64,000 nucleotides of DNA. Origin: Selaginella moellendorffii. Its lineage: Eukaryota > Plantae > Lycopodiophyta. Below are positions 36,131 to 47,689 of the stretch, piece after piece. The position numbers were made by a program, and so were the translations under genes. The stretch covers positions 899,814 through 963,813 of the forward strand of contig NW_003314268.1 in assembly GCF_000143415.4 (NCBI RefSeq). Reading direction: 5' to 3'. Numbering within the stretch: position 1 is the first letter of the stretch; every line of letters begins with the position of its first letter. The notes under the pieces were generated by a model that had not been told where the DNA came from, did no database searches, and saw nothing but the letters and a program-made list of their open reading frames with translations.

Positions 36131-38835
36131 CGGATCGCACAGATGCAATCATCCAGAGCCATTAAATCTTGGACGTGCTTGAGAGGATGACATGTGGTGT
36201 CATTCACGGCCTTGATCCAGGTCTACGCGAGAAGAGGAGGGATGGAGAAAGAAAAGGAACGCCATCTCTACAACATATGATTCCAAATTTTGCTTTCGGG
36301 ATGCCACTGTTTCCGAGAGTCTCAATCCTCGGCAACTTTGACCTATACGTCCGCCTGACTCTTTGATCAATGTAGCAGTCAATTCTATCTTACGCTCTTT
36401 GGCCGTAATTAAGATTTCTAATATGTTTTTGTTTTTCTTGTTTTTTTAAATTCAAGTGATCGTTCATTTGGCAAATTGAAGCTATGGACAAACTCAAGAA
36501 GAACGGCACAAGTATTTTCTAGCGTCATTGTTTCTTCCTTGTTTCTAGGATCAAAACCGAGTGTACTTCCGAGATGCAATTAAAAGTTTACTTTTTAGTC
36601 GATTTTCTGAATCTCACAATCGTTTTTATATGAATAGAAAGTAAAGACCTTGATTCTCAGCTATTCAAGTTCTTCTGCTGCTCAGAAACTTATGCTTGTT
36701 TTACGAAATTTTTATAGCCGTTAAGCTGCTCGTCGATCTTTTCTCCAAGTTTTAGATTTTTAGACTTAAAAAATCGCTGCTTTTTTACTTTTCAAGCTGC
36801 TGCGCCTCTGCTTAAAAAAAGCCACTGCTCTTTCTGCCACTCTGCTTTCTAAATTTCAAGCTGCTGCCCCTGCTTGCTTTAAGAAAGTTTTTTAGTCTTT
36901 GCTTCTGCTTCCTGTGTCCCCCAAGTTTTAGATTTTCGAACCTACTATCGAACTTGCTCAATCCAATGACAATTGTTCAGTCCCACTTGCTTCGATCTCT
37001 GACCTCTTACAGTTTCGCTGCTTCAAGTCCTAATTGCTCCACCTTGATTTGCTTTCTGTGATAGTCTTCTGGATCTCCGAAGTTTTTAACATACAAGGAG
37101 CGAGATGTTTTACTCTCGATTACAGCGGCCACTCCTAAGATGGTGAACAGACTATTTTCTAATAGAGTAGAAAACTTGAAGTTTTTTACTTACTAGTGGG
37201 CCAGAATAAGCAGCTCCTCAGCATAGTCTCCGGGATGTTTTATTTATTTAGTCTCGCAGATTACCTCGCAGACAAAAAACGCGGCCTCCTACGAAGTTGG
37301 AGCTCAGAAGATTTCCAGCAGAGCAGAAAAACAACAAGAAAATACCACAAAGTGTGTGTCGCTGTAGGCCTTGAGAGCTTGCTTCTGCTGTTTAACAACA
37401 CGGATGAAAAAAATGGAAGAGGACGACTCTACGTACCCTCGGTTCAGATTGCTCGATTGTAAAGGTGGCCATTGCCTACTGTTGCTTCGTGTTAGCGCTC
37501 CAGCAGATAAAAAATACCCACGTCAGAGGCAAACATCCGGTGAATCCGCACCACTGGCTCCAAGCAGCTTCATCGAGATCGAGATCGAGATCATTCCTTG
37601 ATGATATAGTATCACCCAAGTACGATCCTGGACAGCGTTGAGCTCTCGTCACGTTTCCGTCAATTACTCAGCATCCCATCTTTTGCTCCATGCCAAAGTT
37701 TGATGGACTGCCAGAGCTCGGCTGGCCGACTGCTCCGCCTGGAGCGCCGCTTTCGACTTCTTGTGCTGCTCCATCGTCTTGGATACCTCCGAAACTTTGG
37801 AGTCAAGTGAGAATTTCTCCTCGAGAGGGTTGGTCTTCGCTTGACTTAAGCTGGTAGCTCAAACTTGGTGCTTTGGAGGCCTGCTACTGTTTCCCTGTGC
37901 TGCTCGACCTGCTCGGAGATTTCGATATACTCCCAAGTTTTCCTGCATTTGACGGCCTCAAGCTGACCAACCCTTGCAGCCGGTTTCTCGAGCTCATTTC
38001 TCGTTCCTTCGACGTGCTTAGAACCTCTCGGACAGTTTGTTCGTGTTCTCTTCTCAGGGAATCGGCTTATTCTTCCGCCACTTCAGGCCTAGGCATCGGA
38101 GCTTCGTGCTGAGAACCTCGAGTGGAAGGACGCATGGACAGAGCTTGAGGAGAGGCATGCGAAGCCAGATGGCCTGGTAAACTCTGCAACAGCTTCTGCG
38201 TTCGATGACTCCTCTAAAACTAGTCCTTTCGTCTTAAAGTTCGCTCCAGCAGATACCAGACTGCACGTCAGAGGCGAACAGCAGCAGTCCTGTGAATCCT
38301 TCCAATCGCTCCACCGTCACAAGCAGCGTCATCAAGATAATCTTCTTGCCATCATCATCTTCTTGAGTTCCCTTGCAGCAACCTGCCACTGAGTTCCTTG
38401 CTGATACTATCATCCGAGCAGCTGTACGAGCATTCCTGGACAGGGTTGGAGTTTCAAAGTCTCCGCTCTAGCAAATGACAGAGAACGTCGAGCGTAGTCT
38501 GTCTTATAGTCTCCGCAGCATCTCTCTGAATCCGATATCCCCCACCGTCACGAGCAGCTTCAGCTAGATCATATTCTCGCCATCTTGCATCGTTCCTCGC
38601 TGAAGCTGTGGACAGCCTTGGAGCATTATACCGCAGCAGCACCTCCTGAATCATCTCCGTCGACTGGGAAGCTGATCAGATAGACCCCAGACAAGTCCAA
38701 CTTTATAGTCGTTGAACACCAGCCTCCTTAGGTGCTTGACTGGAGAGCTTTGACCAGAGTGCAAGCTCGATTCTTGAGTTTCCTTGCAGCAATCTCGTCT
38801 TGATCCCTTCCTAAGCTGCATCCTCGTTCTCGCCA

Positions 38836-39800
38836 TCATCTCTTCTTGAGTTTCACTCGGAGCTGCTCAACTGGCCGGGGATGTTGCTTGCAGTGGCATA
38901 CATCCCAGCTTGCGTACTCTGATTGAAGAGGAAGCTCTCCAGCAAAGAGCAGTGATTCTCGAGCAGTGACAAAACACCGTCCACTCCTGTTTCCAGTCTC
39001 GTTTCCAGTCTTGTATTCTCGTCGTTCCTTGCTGATAATCCTCCGACCATGTTGAGAGAAACCATGACCACAACCATCCCTTCCCTCGACATTGGCTTCC
39101 GCGAGCGAAGTCACCCCAGCTCTCTACAACAAACACGGGAGTTATTGGCAAACCGCCCGAATCCAAAAACTAACGAAAAGAAAAGCTTGCCTGTCTTCTC
39201 CAGAATTCTCGGACGAAGTCGTCTCCCGCGCGATCACAGATCTCCTTGGCCACTTTCACAAACACCATTTTGCCGGATTTGCTCTTCCTCCACGGCTTCG
39301 ATTCTTCAGGGATTTTATCCAACTCCCTCTGAATCCTCCGCGCTCTCTGGATCCTTACGCTGTCGCTAGATTTTCCGTTCAGTTCTTCGTACGTCAACTC
39401 GGCGAGCCTGATCAGAAGCTCCAATGCGCGGCAGCTCCAGGTGGCCCCCTCCTCGACCTCAACCACGTCCTCGTCCCTGACCTCGTCGTCGATCTTCTGG
39501 CTGCTCTCCTTCCTCTTTAGCTCTCTCGACGCCTCGTGAAGAGCTTCCAGGCGCCGGAACTCCAGAAAGCCCCCTCGCCCATCCTGGAGATGGCACTCAG
39601 TCGGCTGCTGCGTGCCGTCGGGGAGAATGATCTGCGCTGATGGAGAGAAGCGAACAGTCTTGGGCCTGGAACCTGGAAGTCCGAGAGACAGTGGTTAAGT
39701 CACGGAAGAAAGGACGAGAAAGAGACAAACCAGACCGGCTGGCTTGATTGGCTGCTCCTTTTGCTTGTTTTCTGGCTCTTGATCCTTGGTTGGCTGCTCC
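38836..39800 (-). CDS. Orphan gene or pseudogene, inverted paralogue of the 40431 gene lacking the long E/K-rich exon
   Basis: GSRPKTVRFSPSAQIILPDG...RALELLIRLAELTYEELNGKSSD...PWRKSKSGKMVFVK...DFVREFWRRQ. Intron positions match the paralogue, one with a GC donor. Confidence 0.55.
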
Positions 39801-39954
39801 TTATTTTGTGATGAAACCTAATGAAAGTAAGACATTATACCTAAAAAAGAACAAATAAAAAGTTTTATTTCTACTAAATTCAATGTCATATAACAGTTTC
39901 AAAAAGCAAATTGGTGGCAGAAGTATGTGTGCTTGGTAACAAGATGCAGCTCAA

Positions 39955-40340
39955 CTGCAAACATGAACAAAATTGACTTTGCATTTTCCTGCATGACATA
40001 AAGCATAAGTTTTAAGGAGAATGATAGGCACTTACCTTGTGAATTCAATGCTCTTGAAGTTTTGTTATGTCAGGAAGTTTGCATGTCAAGAATGGCACAT
40101 CTAGGGTAAACATCTAAACATTCACCAACAAAGAAAACGCATAAAGACTATTTACTTACTATAGCTACCGTCTCATTTCTTTGTGAAAAGTTTTCGGAGG
40201 TCAGATGGTATCTGGTAGTTGGTTTGATCAGCACTCTCAAGCTGGAAGCATTCTGGAACAAGTCCCTGGAGCTGGTTTCTACTCACGTCTAGATACTTGA
40301 GAGATGAGAGTGTGTAAACATCTTCCGGGATAGACTGCCA
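39955..40340 (-). pseudogene. LRR gene fragment, homologue of 1655-2065
   Basis: SIPEDVYTLSSLKYLDVSRNQLQGLVP plus shared downstream intron-like sequence. Confidence 0.7.
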
Positions 40341-40430
40341 AGAAATGTGGATTAGACTAAACGAACGCATTAAAGTGAAATAGATTTAGTAAGGGTTAGG
40401 GCATTAAAGGCATTTTGCAAAGGGCAAGCT

Positions 40431-42131
40431 ATGGCGCGAACAGAGCAGGAGCGCAGTGGATGCGTCACAGGTTTGTGGTCTCTCTTTCGACCAAAAAAGG
40501 CGCACAAGGGCGACAACAAGGTCCACCCGGAAGCCATGGACGCGGCGGCCTCGAAGCTGAAGGTCCAAGATCGTGTCTGTGAGGCCGTCTCGGGAGAAGC
40601 CATGGACGCCGCCGCCTTGAAGTTGAAGGAACTCAGGCACGAGGTGAAAATCGTCTTAGAAGCGATACGACAGGAGCGAGGGCACAAGGAGCCGATCAAG
40701 CCGATCAAGCCGGAACAAGAGAAAGAGGACGAAGAGGAGAATCAAGAGAAGAAAGCGGAGCAGCTGAAGGAAGAGAAGACAGCCGAGCAGGTGAACGAGG
40801 AGGAGAAAGAAGCCGATCAGATGAAGCCGATGAAGCTGGAACAAGAGGAGGAAAAGGAAGCCGAGAAGCAGCTGAAGGAGGAGGAGCAAGAGAAGAAAGC
40901 TGAGCAGCTGAGCGAGGAGGAGCAGGAGAAAGAAGCCGATGAGACGAAGGAACTCAGGCGCGAGGTGAAACAGGAGCAAGGTCACAAGGAGCAGCCGCAG
41001 CTGGAACGAGAGGAGAAGAATCAGCCGAATCAGCCGATCAAGCCAATCAAGCCGATGAAGCAAGAGCAGGAACAGGAGGAGGAGCAGCGGATGAAGCCGA
41101 TGAAGCAGCAGCTGGAACAAGAGGAGGAGCAGATGATCAAGCCGATCAAGCAGCCTCTGGAACGGGAAGACGATCAAGAGCAGATGAAGCAGCAGGAGAA
41201 TGACAAGCCCAAGCAGGAGGAGCAGCGACCCAAGCCAATTCTACTGCCAGCCGGGGGTCGTCGTCCAGGTATGGTTCCTTTTGCTTCTCGCATTCTTCTT
41301 CTACTGTGACTCACGATGGCCTTCTGGACTTGCAGGTTCCAGGCCGAAGATGGTTCGCTTCTCTTCCTCAGCGGAGGACATTCTTCCCGACGGCACCCGA
41401 CGGCGGAGTGAAACCCATCTTAGCGATGGCCGAGGGGGCTATGTTGAGTTCGCGTATCTCGAAGCTTTCCACAAGGCAAACCGGTGGCTAAACCAGAGGG
41501 GAAAAACCGAGAAGAAGATCCGCAGCTTGGAAGAGGAAAAGCGCGAGGAAACAGAAGAGGAGAAGCACGAGGAAAAGTCTTGGAGTGTTAGCGCGCTCCG
41601 GATTCTGATCAGACTCACCGAGCAGCTTTACGAGGAGCTCAACGGCAAATCCAGCGACCGAGAGAGGATCAAGCGAGCGCGGAAGATGATGAGGCTCCAG
41701 AAAATGCTGGATAGGATCCCGAGTGAGAGGAAACCGTGGAAGAAGCTTCAGTCCGGCGAGGTGGTCTTCGTGAAGGAGGCAAAAGAACTATATGATCGTG
41801 CGGGGAGAGATTTTGTTGCCGAATTCAAGAGGAGACAGGTAAGTTTGATATACCTTCCAGATTCCAGATGGCCGTTTGCTAATAACTTCCGTGTTTGTTG
41901 TAGAGAGCTGGAGTGAACGATGATTGTTTGTTTTGTCCGAACCATGATGGCGAGAAGATGATCGGCCGGGCTGGGGTGAACTCTAAGACGACTAGACCCT
42001 GGGTTTACCTGAGAAGAGAACACGAGCAAACTGTTCTAAGCACGTCAAAGAAACGAGAAATGAAGTTGGCTCCGAGCTCGAGAAGTTGGCTGCAAGGATT
42101 GGTCAACTGGAGGCCAGTGCTCGGACTCTAG
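40431..42131 (+). CDS. Orphan protein: E/K/Q-rich repeat region plus a domain conserved with the inverted paralogue (exons 40431-41268, 41336-41838, 41904-42131)
   Basis: GT-AG introns join ORFs 40431, 41200 and 41913 in frame (…GRRPG/SRPKMVRF…EFKRRQ/RAGVNDD…). Confidence 0.65.
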
Positions 42132-45100
42132 CATCGGAGAAGCCAACTCTCAAGAGTCAAATCCAGAAGTTGGATCTCCAAGCAAGTTGAGCAGCACACA
42201 GGTCACTAAAGCTATAGACCATCGACCTTCTCGAGAACTCGACTCCAAAGGTTCGCAGCTGTCCGAGACGTAAAAGTGGTGGGTGACGACCGTGTCTCGG
42301 GGCTCGAGGCGGAGAAGTCCATCACACTTTGGGCCTCTAAACAGGCCAGCGACCAGCCTCCACACTCTTCTAAGTCAAGAGAAGATCAATGGATCAAATT
42401 GGACTACACTCTACAGTGTCTGGAGCAAGGAGGGATCTATCTTATCAGCTTTCCAGTGGACGGAGATGATTCAGGAGCGTCTGCTACGGTAAGGCTGTCC
42501 ATGATAGTAGTGAGGAACGACGTAAACCAGTGCCAGATGGCTGCAAAATGTGGAGAAGACAATATTGCTGAAGCTGATCGTGACTAAGGAGAAGCCCCAG
42601 GGGATAATGGCTGATGGAGTCGAATCCGCTGCACGAGATGTGGAGCTCTCGGCGAGGAGCACGTCGAGAAGAGGATGGCGGAGTTTGGAAGCTCAAAGGT
42701 GAGCCTGGAGAAGCAAGTAACTGGCAGCTGATGGAGAGGATCACGGGGCTCGAGGTGCTGGAGGAGAGAGAGACGTGCCAGATTGAACGAGGAGCTCTGA
42801 AGGATGAAGAAGACAAGCCGAGGAGAACCAATGAGAGAGCACATGAAGTGCCGAGCTCCAGAGGTCAGATGGACGCTACATGCGACAATAAGGAGCATCT
42901 GGCTTTGCAGGGAGCTGTGTTTTTGCGTGGTTCCGCTCGAGCTTCTCAGCACGATCAAGGCCTGAAGTGGCGGAAGCATTCCCTAACTGTCAGAGGTTTT
43001 AAGCACGTCGAAGAAACGAGAATGGAAGTTCGAGAAGTAACCAGCTCTCGAGAGTCAAATCCAGAACAGAGGTGCAAGCCAAGTATATTGAAATCTCTGG
43101 CAGCTCGAGCAGCACAGGGAAGCAGTAGCAAGCCTCCAAAGCACCAGAGACTAGTCTCCACACTCTTCTAAGCCAAGAGAAGATCAACCTCTTCTAGGAG
43201 ATATGCTCCTCGACTCCAAAGTTTTGGAGCTGTCCAAGACGGTGGCCGAGATGAAGCAGCCCAAGCTGTCGAAAGTGGCGGGCTCTGGCATGGAGCAGAG
43301 TCCATCAAACGTTGGCGTGAGAACAGCGAGATGAAGGAGAAGATGAGATGCCGAGACGGATCAAGATAAAGCTCTCTAGTTGACGGAAACGGGACGAGAG
43401 CTTCAATGCTGTCCAGGATCGCTCTTACAGGTGCTTGGATGATAGAAGATGATGATGGCAAGATGATCTCGAACTCGAAGAAGCTGCTTGTGGCGGTGGA
43501 GCCAGAGGGTCGGATTCACAAAGACTGAAAAACGGCTGATGTTCACCTCTGACATGTGGAGACTACAAGAGCTGGAGCGAACTCCAAGATGAAGCAACAG
43601 TCATAAAGACAGAAGATCGGACGAGTTTCATGGAACGTGGAAGCTGGTGCAAAGGTTACTAGGCAATTCAGAGGTTCAATGGCCACCTTTACAATCGAGC
43701 AATCTTGACCGAGGGTACGTAGAGTCATTTGTTTCCATTCATTTTATCCCAGGAGAAGCAAGCTACAGTGACACACAAATTGTGATGGTAGCTCCTTTAG
43801 TATCAGCAACAAATCCTATGGTATTTTTTTTGTTTTTTCTTTTCTGCTCTGGTGGAATATCTTCTGCGGTCCAACTTGGTCCAGATCGTAGGAGGCCGTC
43901 TTCGAGACTAAATAAATAAAACATCTCAGAGACTACGCTAAGGAGCTGGTTATTCTGGCCAACTTGTGAGTATAACCTTGAGAGATTATGTTTGTTTTCT
44001 ATTTAGAAAATAGTCTGACTTTGGTCCAGATCATAGGAGGCCGCCAGAAGAATATGTAAATGAGGGTGGAGCAGGACTTGAAGCAGCGAAAGATAAAGCC
44101 AGCGTCAGAGATCATAAGAATTGTGGAAGGGAAAAGCGTAAGTTGATTTTAAAACTTGGAGACAAAGGGAGCAGGCTGAAACAGCTAAGATCGAGCAGCA
44201 AAGATTGAGCAGCTTAAAGACGAAAAATTTCTTAAACCAAGCAGGGACAGCAGCTTGAAAAATTGAAGTATTAATTTCGCCCAGCACCAGCTTCAAAAAG
44301 CAAAGAGGCAGCAGCTAAAGAGCAGTGACAAGTTTGATCAAGCAGAGCAGCAGAATAGTTGATAGTTTTTTTTCATATCATTTTCTTTGATTTAGCTGTA
44401 AAATGGATTTAATGTTCAAATTTATAATGTTTCAATCTCTGAAAGGTCCGAGATCCGACTTTGATCCTAGCAACAAGATGATACCTAGAGCACACTAGGG
44501 CTTGGCGGCGCGGCCGCTTGGCAAGGCATCCCCCAAAAAACTCGTGAACTTTACCATGTAGGCCGAGTATTTGCAATGTCTAGACTTGAGGATCTTCTTG
44601 TACGTTCGCAAGGATTCCTGATAAGTTTGTCCTCGTAACTTGATTAGAAAATGGAAAAGCAAATCCAGCTCAGGAAAATAAGATTCTTACGTAGTTTGGA
44701 TAGGGAAGGTGTTCAACTTTCTAGGCACCCAAAGAGTCTGAGAACACGACACCACGTTAGAGCAAGAACTCAGGAGCTAATATGTACGCACCTCCAGTTG
44801 TTCCATATGGTATAAAGCCATTTGACTTGGTCTAGAAGGTTCTGAAAAGGCTTGCCCAGTCAAGTTTTACCTCCTTCCAGACTGTCAAAGTCGTTACCAT
44901 TGTATGGGAAAAAACTAAATTTCTGCACGTTGCGATCAATAAAACTTGTAAGATTGCTGTACATGAGCATCAAAGAAAGCTTCAAATCATAAACGAGAGT
45001 CTAAAGGCCATTGCGTTCGTAACAATTGGTGAGAGCCTTCACCTCTGCAATTTCTTGCACTTAGTTTGATAGATAGATCAGCAATGCAACTTTTTACCAA

Positions 45101-46051
45101 CACATAAGCACTCTTTTAGATACACTTGTCTTATTTTGGTTATTATAAATAAAAGTTCATACTAAATACTGATTAAATTGAGAATTCTCCATATTTTGTA
45201 ATCCAAGTAGAAATTTGATTATTAATTGACTCCTTTTACTCTTTACATTTAGCCTTTGACATTTTTCTTTATTTAGTTTTTATGTTGCAAGTATATTATT
45301 TATGGGTTCTACAAGAATGCTAATATTTAAAGAAATTGTTATTTGTAATAAAGTTTTATTACTTTCACTATTATGTTATTTTTGAGAAAATATTATAAGT
45401 TAATATATATTTAGTTACAGACACAATATAAAGGTATTCTTAAAACATAACACCAGACTTTTTTACAACTACTAAATTTTTACAATTGCATTAGCTGATG
45501 ATAATATATATTTTATCTAAAAAACATTTAAATGATGATATTTTAAAATTCTCAACATATCAATTAATTTTAAATTTTTTATAGTAAGTTGTACAATAAA
45601 ATTAGTAAAAATTTACATAACTTAAATAAATAAAAATTAATTTGAATATATCTAATACTTAACTTTGTTACCTTGAAATTGTAAAATTTATGTAAGTATT
45701 AAATTAATCTATTTAGATAAAAGCTTAAATGTTTTGGCCAAATATTTATTTTGGTATATATATTATTATTATAACATTGAAAAATGATGAATTATTATAA
45801 AATTATAATTAAAATATTAAAATGACTTAAATTTGTTAAAATTAAAAGTTAACAAAGCTATTTTTATTATCCAGAATTGCCATTTGTTTTCATACCATGG
45901 AAGTTGTCAACTTATGTAAATAAGGTATCTGAAAAAATAATAGTGTGCTACAGATACACCATAAATATCCTTGAGTAGTAGAATATGTAAAATACTGACT
46001 CAATGTGAATTATGCTGAGAGCTACAAGTCATTGTATACTAACAAGGAATT

Positions 46052-46233
46052 TATAAGCAACCAAAGGAAACAACTTGAGAATAAATTTTTAGAGTTTTGA
46101 AATAAAAGGGAAAAACATATAAATAAAATTGCACTAATTTTTCAATCAATTAAAGGTGTTGAGATATTATGGAGTTATCTGAGTACTACTGGGATGAATG
46201 ACTTGTGAAAAAGTATATATTTAGGAGCTTACA
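46052..46233 (+). mobile_element. Old solo LTR of the Cassandra-type TRIM
   Basis: tataagcaaccaaagg...gagcttaca with a near-TSD GAATT/AAATT. Heavily AT-shifted. Confidence 0.8.
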
Positions 46234-46717
46234 AAATTTAGATTTTAAAATAGAAATAACTTTCCAAATATATTTTATTAAAATGGAAAATAATAAAATA
46301 TAATTTCAATAAAATATATAATTTCATTTTGTGAGGGCCAAGTGTACGGCTACGATGCCGTATACTAATATTAGCGTAGTGGATTTTGGTAGCCGTCAGA
46401 TTGGTTTCAATCCGGACCACTCGCTCCTGTATATAAGCTAGGGTTTTTGGGCTAATTGATATGCACATTTCTGTATTCCTCACATTGGTGGAGGTGAGGG
46501 GCACTTTTGATTGTCCCTGGGGAGTGCTTGGATTTGGGATTTCAGTTTAGATCTAGCTTTTGCATTGTCTAGATCTAGCTTTTTCCATTTCCTTTCTTTT
46601 GTTCTTTCCTTTCAGGATTTTGGTTTAGATCTAGCTTTTTGCATTGTCTAGATCTACCATTTCTTTCCAGCTTTTTGTCATTTCTCTTCTTTTGCTCTTT
46701 CTTTTTCATTCATTTTC

Positions 46718-47650
46718 ATGGCCGATCCGCAATCTCCTCCTTTGACTCTAGAGCAGCAGTTGGTTCAATTGCTTGATGCTATGCGCTTGCAATTGAACAA
46801 CCAAACTCAGTTGATGGCGGCGTTCACGGCACATGGTACAACTCCTCCTGCTTTTGGTGCCAATCCTCGCGTTCGGCCGGAGTTCTTTCGTGGGAATCCT
46901 GGGGATGATGTGTACCATTGGTTTGATCACTTCACGGTGATTGCCACATATCATTCTTGGGATGATGCTCGACGTTTGCGTGAGTTCCCCACATGTCTCC
47001 AAGGGACGGCATTGCAGTGGTACAATGGATTGAGCGCAGCTACTCGTGGCGATTGGGGTGTTCTTCCAGACGTCTTCAAACGCGCCTTCGGACATGCCGA
47101 CAATTGTGATGATGCCTTCCAACAATTGCATCGTCTTCGCCAAGGGCCATCTGAGTCGGTGATGCAATTTGGCGTTCGTTTCCGAAGTCTTTTGCTTCGT
47201 GCGGAGCCAAATATGTCGGAGCGGATCAAGCTAGGAATGCTGTGGCCAGCGCTTCGTCAAGATCTTGTCGGACTTGTGCATGCACTTGCTCCTACCACTC
47301 TTGACGATGCTCTTCGCTTGGCACAACGTTATGAAACGTCGCCTCTTCCACTTCTTGCTACACGTCCTTCAGCTCCACTTCCTATGAGTGATGGTCCTGT
47401 TCCCATGGAGGTTGATGCTGCTGCTACTCGAGTCCAAAGACAAGGGCGAGGACGTGGTCGTGGCCGTGACGTTCGTTGTTGGGCGTGTGATGAAGTTGGT
47501 CATACTTATCGGCGTTGTCGGCGCTTTCCGGATTGGCGACCTCCATTTCCTGGGTGGAGACCTTGGCGTCAGCAACGTCCCGTTGGTGCTGCTGCAGTGG
47601 AAGGTTTGGATACCGAGGTGCATTCGGGAAACGAGGAGTCGCGCGAGTAA
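46718..47650 (+). CDS. gag: Gag with CCHC zinc knuckle
   Basis: PEFFRG...WFDHF...LQGTALQWY...LRQG, GPVPMEVD and CWACDEVGHTYRRC. Confidence 0.93.
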   Translation: MADPQSPPLTLEQQLVQLLDAMRLQLNNQTQLMAAFTAHGTTPPAFGANPRVRPEFFRGNPGDDVYHWFDHFTVIATYHSWDDARRLREFPTCLQGTALQWYNGLSAATRGDWGVLPDVFKRAFGHADNCDDAFQQLHRLRQGPSESVMQFGVRFRSLLLRAEPNMSERIKLGMLWPALRQDLVGLVHALAPTTLDDALRLAQRYETSPLPLLATRPSAPLPMSDGPVPMEVDAAATRVQRQGRGRGRGRDVRCWACDEVGHTYRRCRRFPDWRPPFPGWRPWRQQRPVGAAAVEGLDTEVHSGNEESRE

Positions 47651-47689
47651 TGGAGGGACCTTGCGCGAATAAGTTAGTGACCCCTCCAT
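47626..47689 (+). promoter_or_regulatory. -1 programmed ribosomal frameshift signal: slippery G GGA AAC plus H-type pseudoknot
   Basis: Heptamer at 47626-47632 in gag phase, 6-nt spacer, stem 1 47639-47647/47660-47668, stem 2 47650-47657/47682-47689. Pol is in the -1 frame. Confidence 0.85.

Larger units (their letters stand above)
36538..44477. repeat. Large diverged inverted duplication: arms about 36538-39750 and 41230-44477, spacer about 1.5 kb
   Basis: Inverted matches at 36538-36560 vs 44455-44477, 37196-37255 vs 43902-43962, 37865-37930 vs 43081-43147, and 39110-39700 vs 41310-41915. Confidence 0.88.

Noticed and set aside
40656-41177. Leu-rich 173-aa minus-strand ORF
   Set aside because: Antisense shadow of the GAG/AAG/CAG-rich repeat exon.
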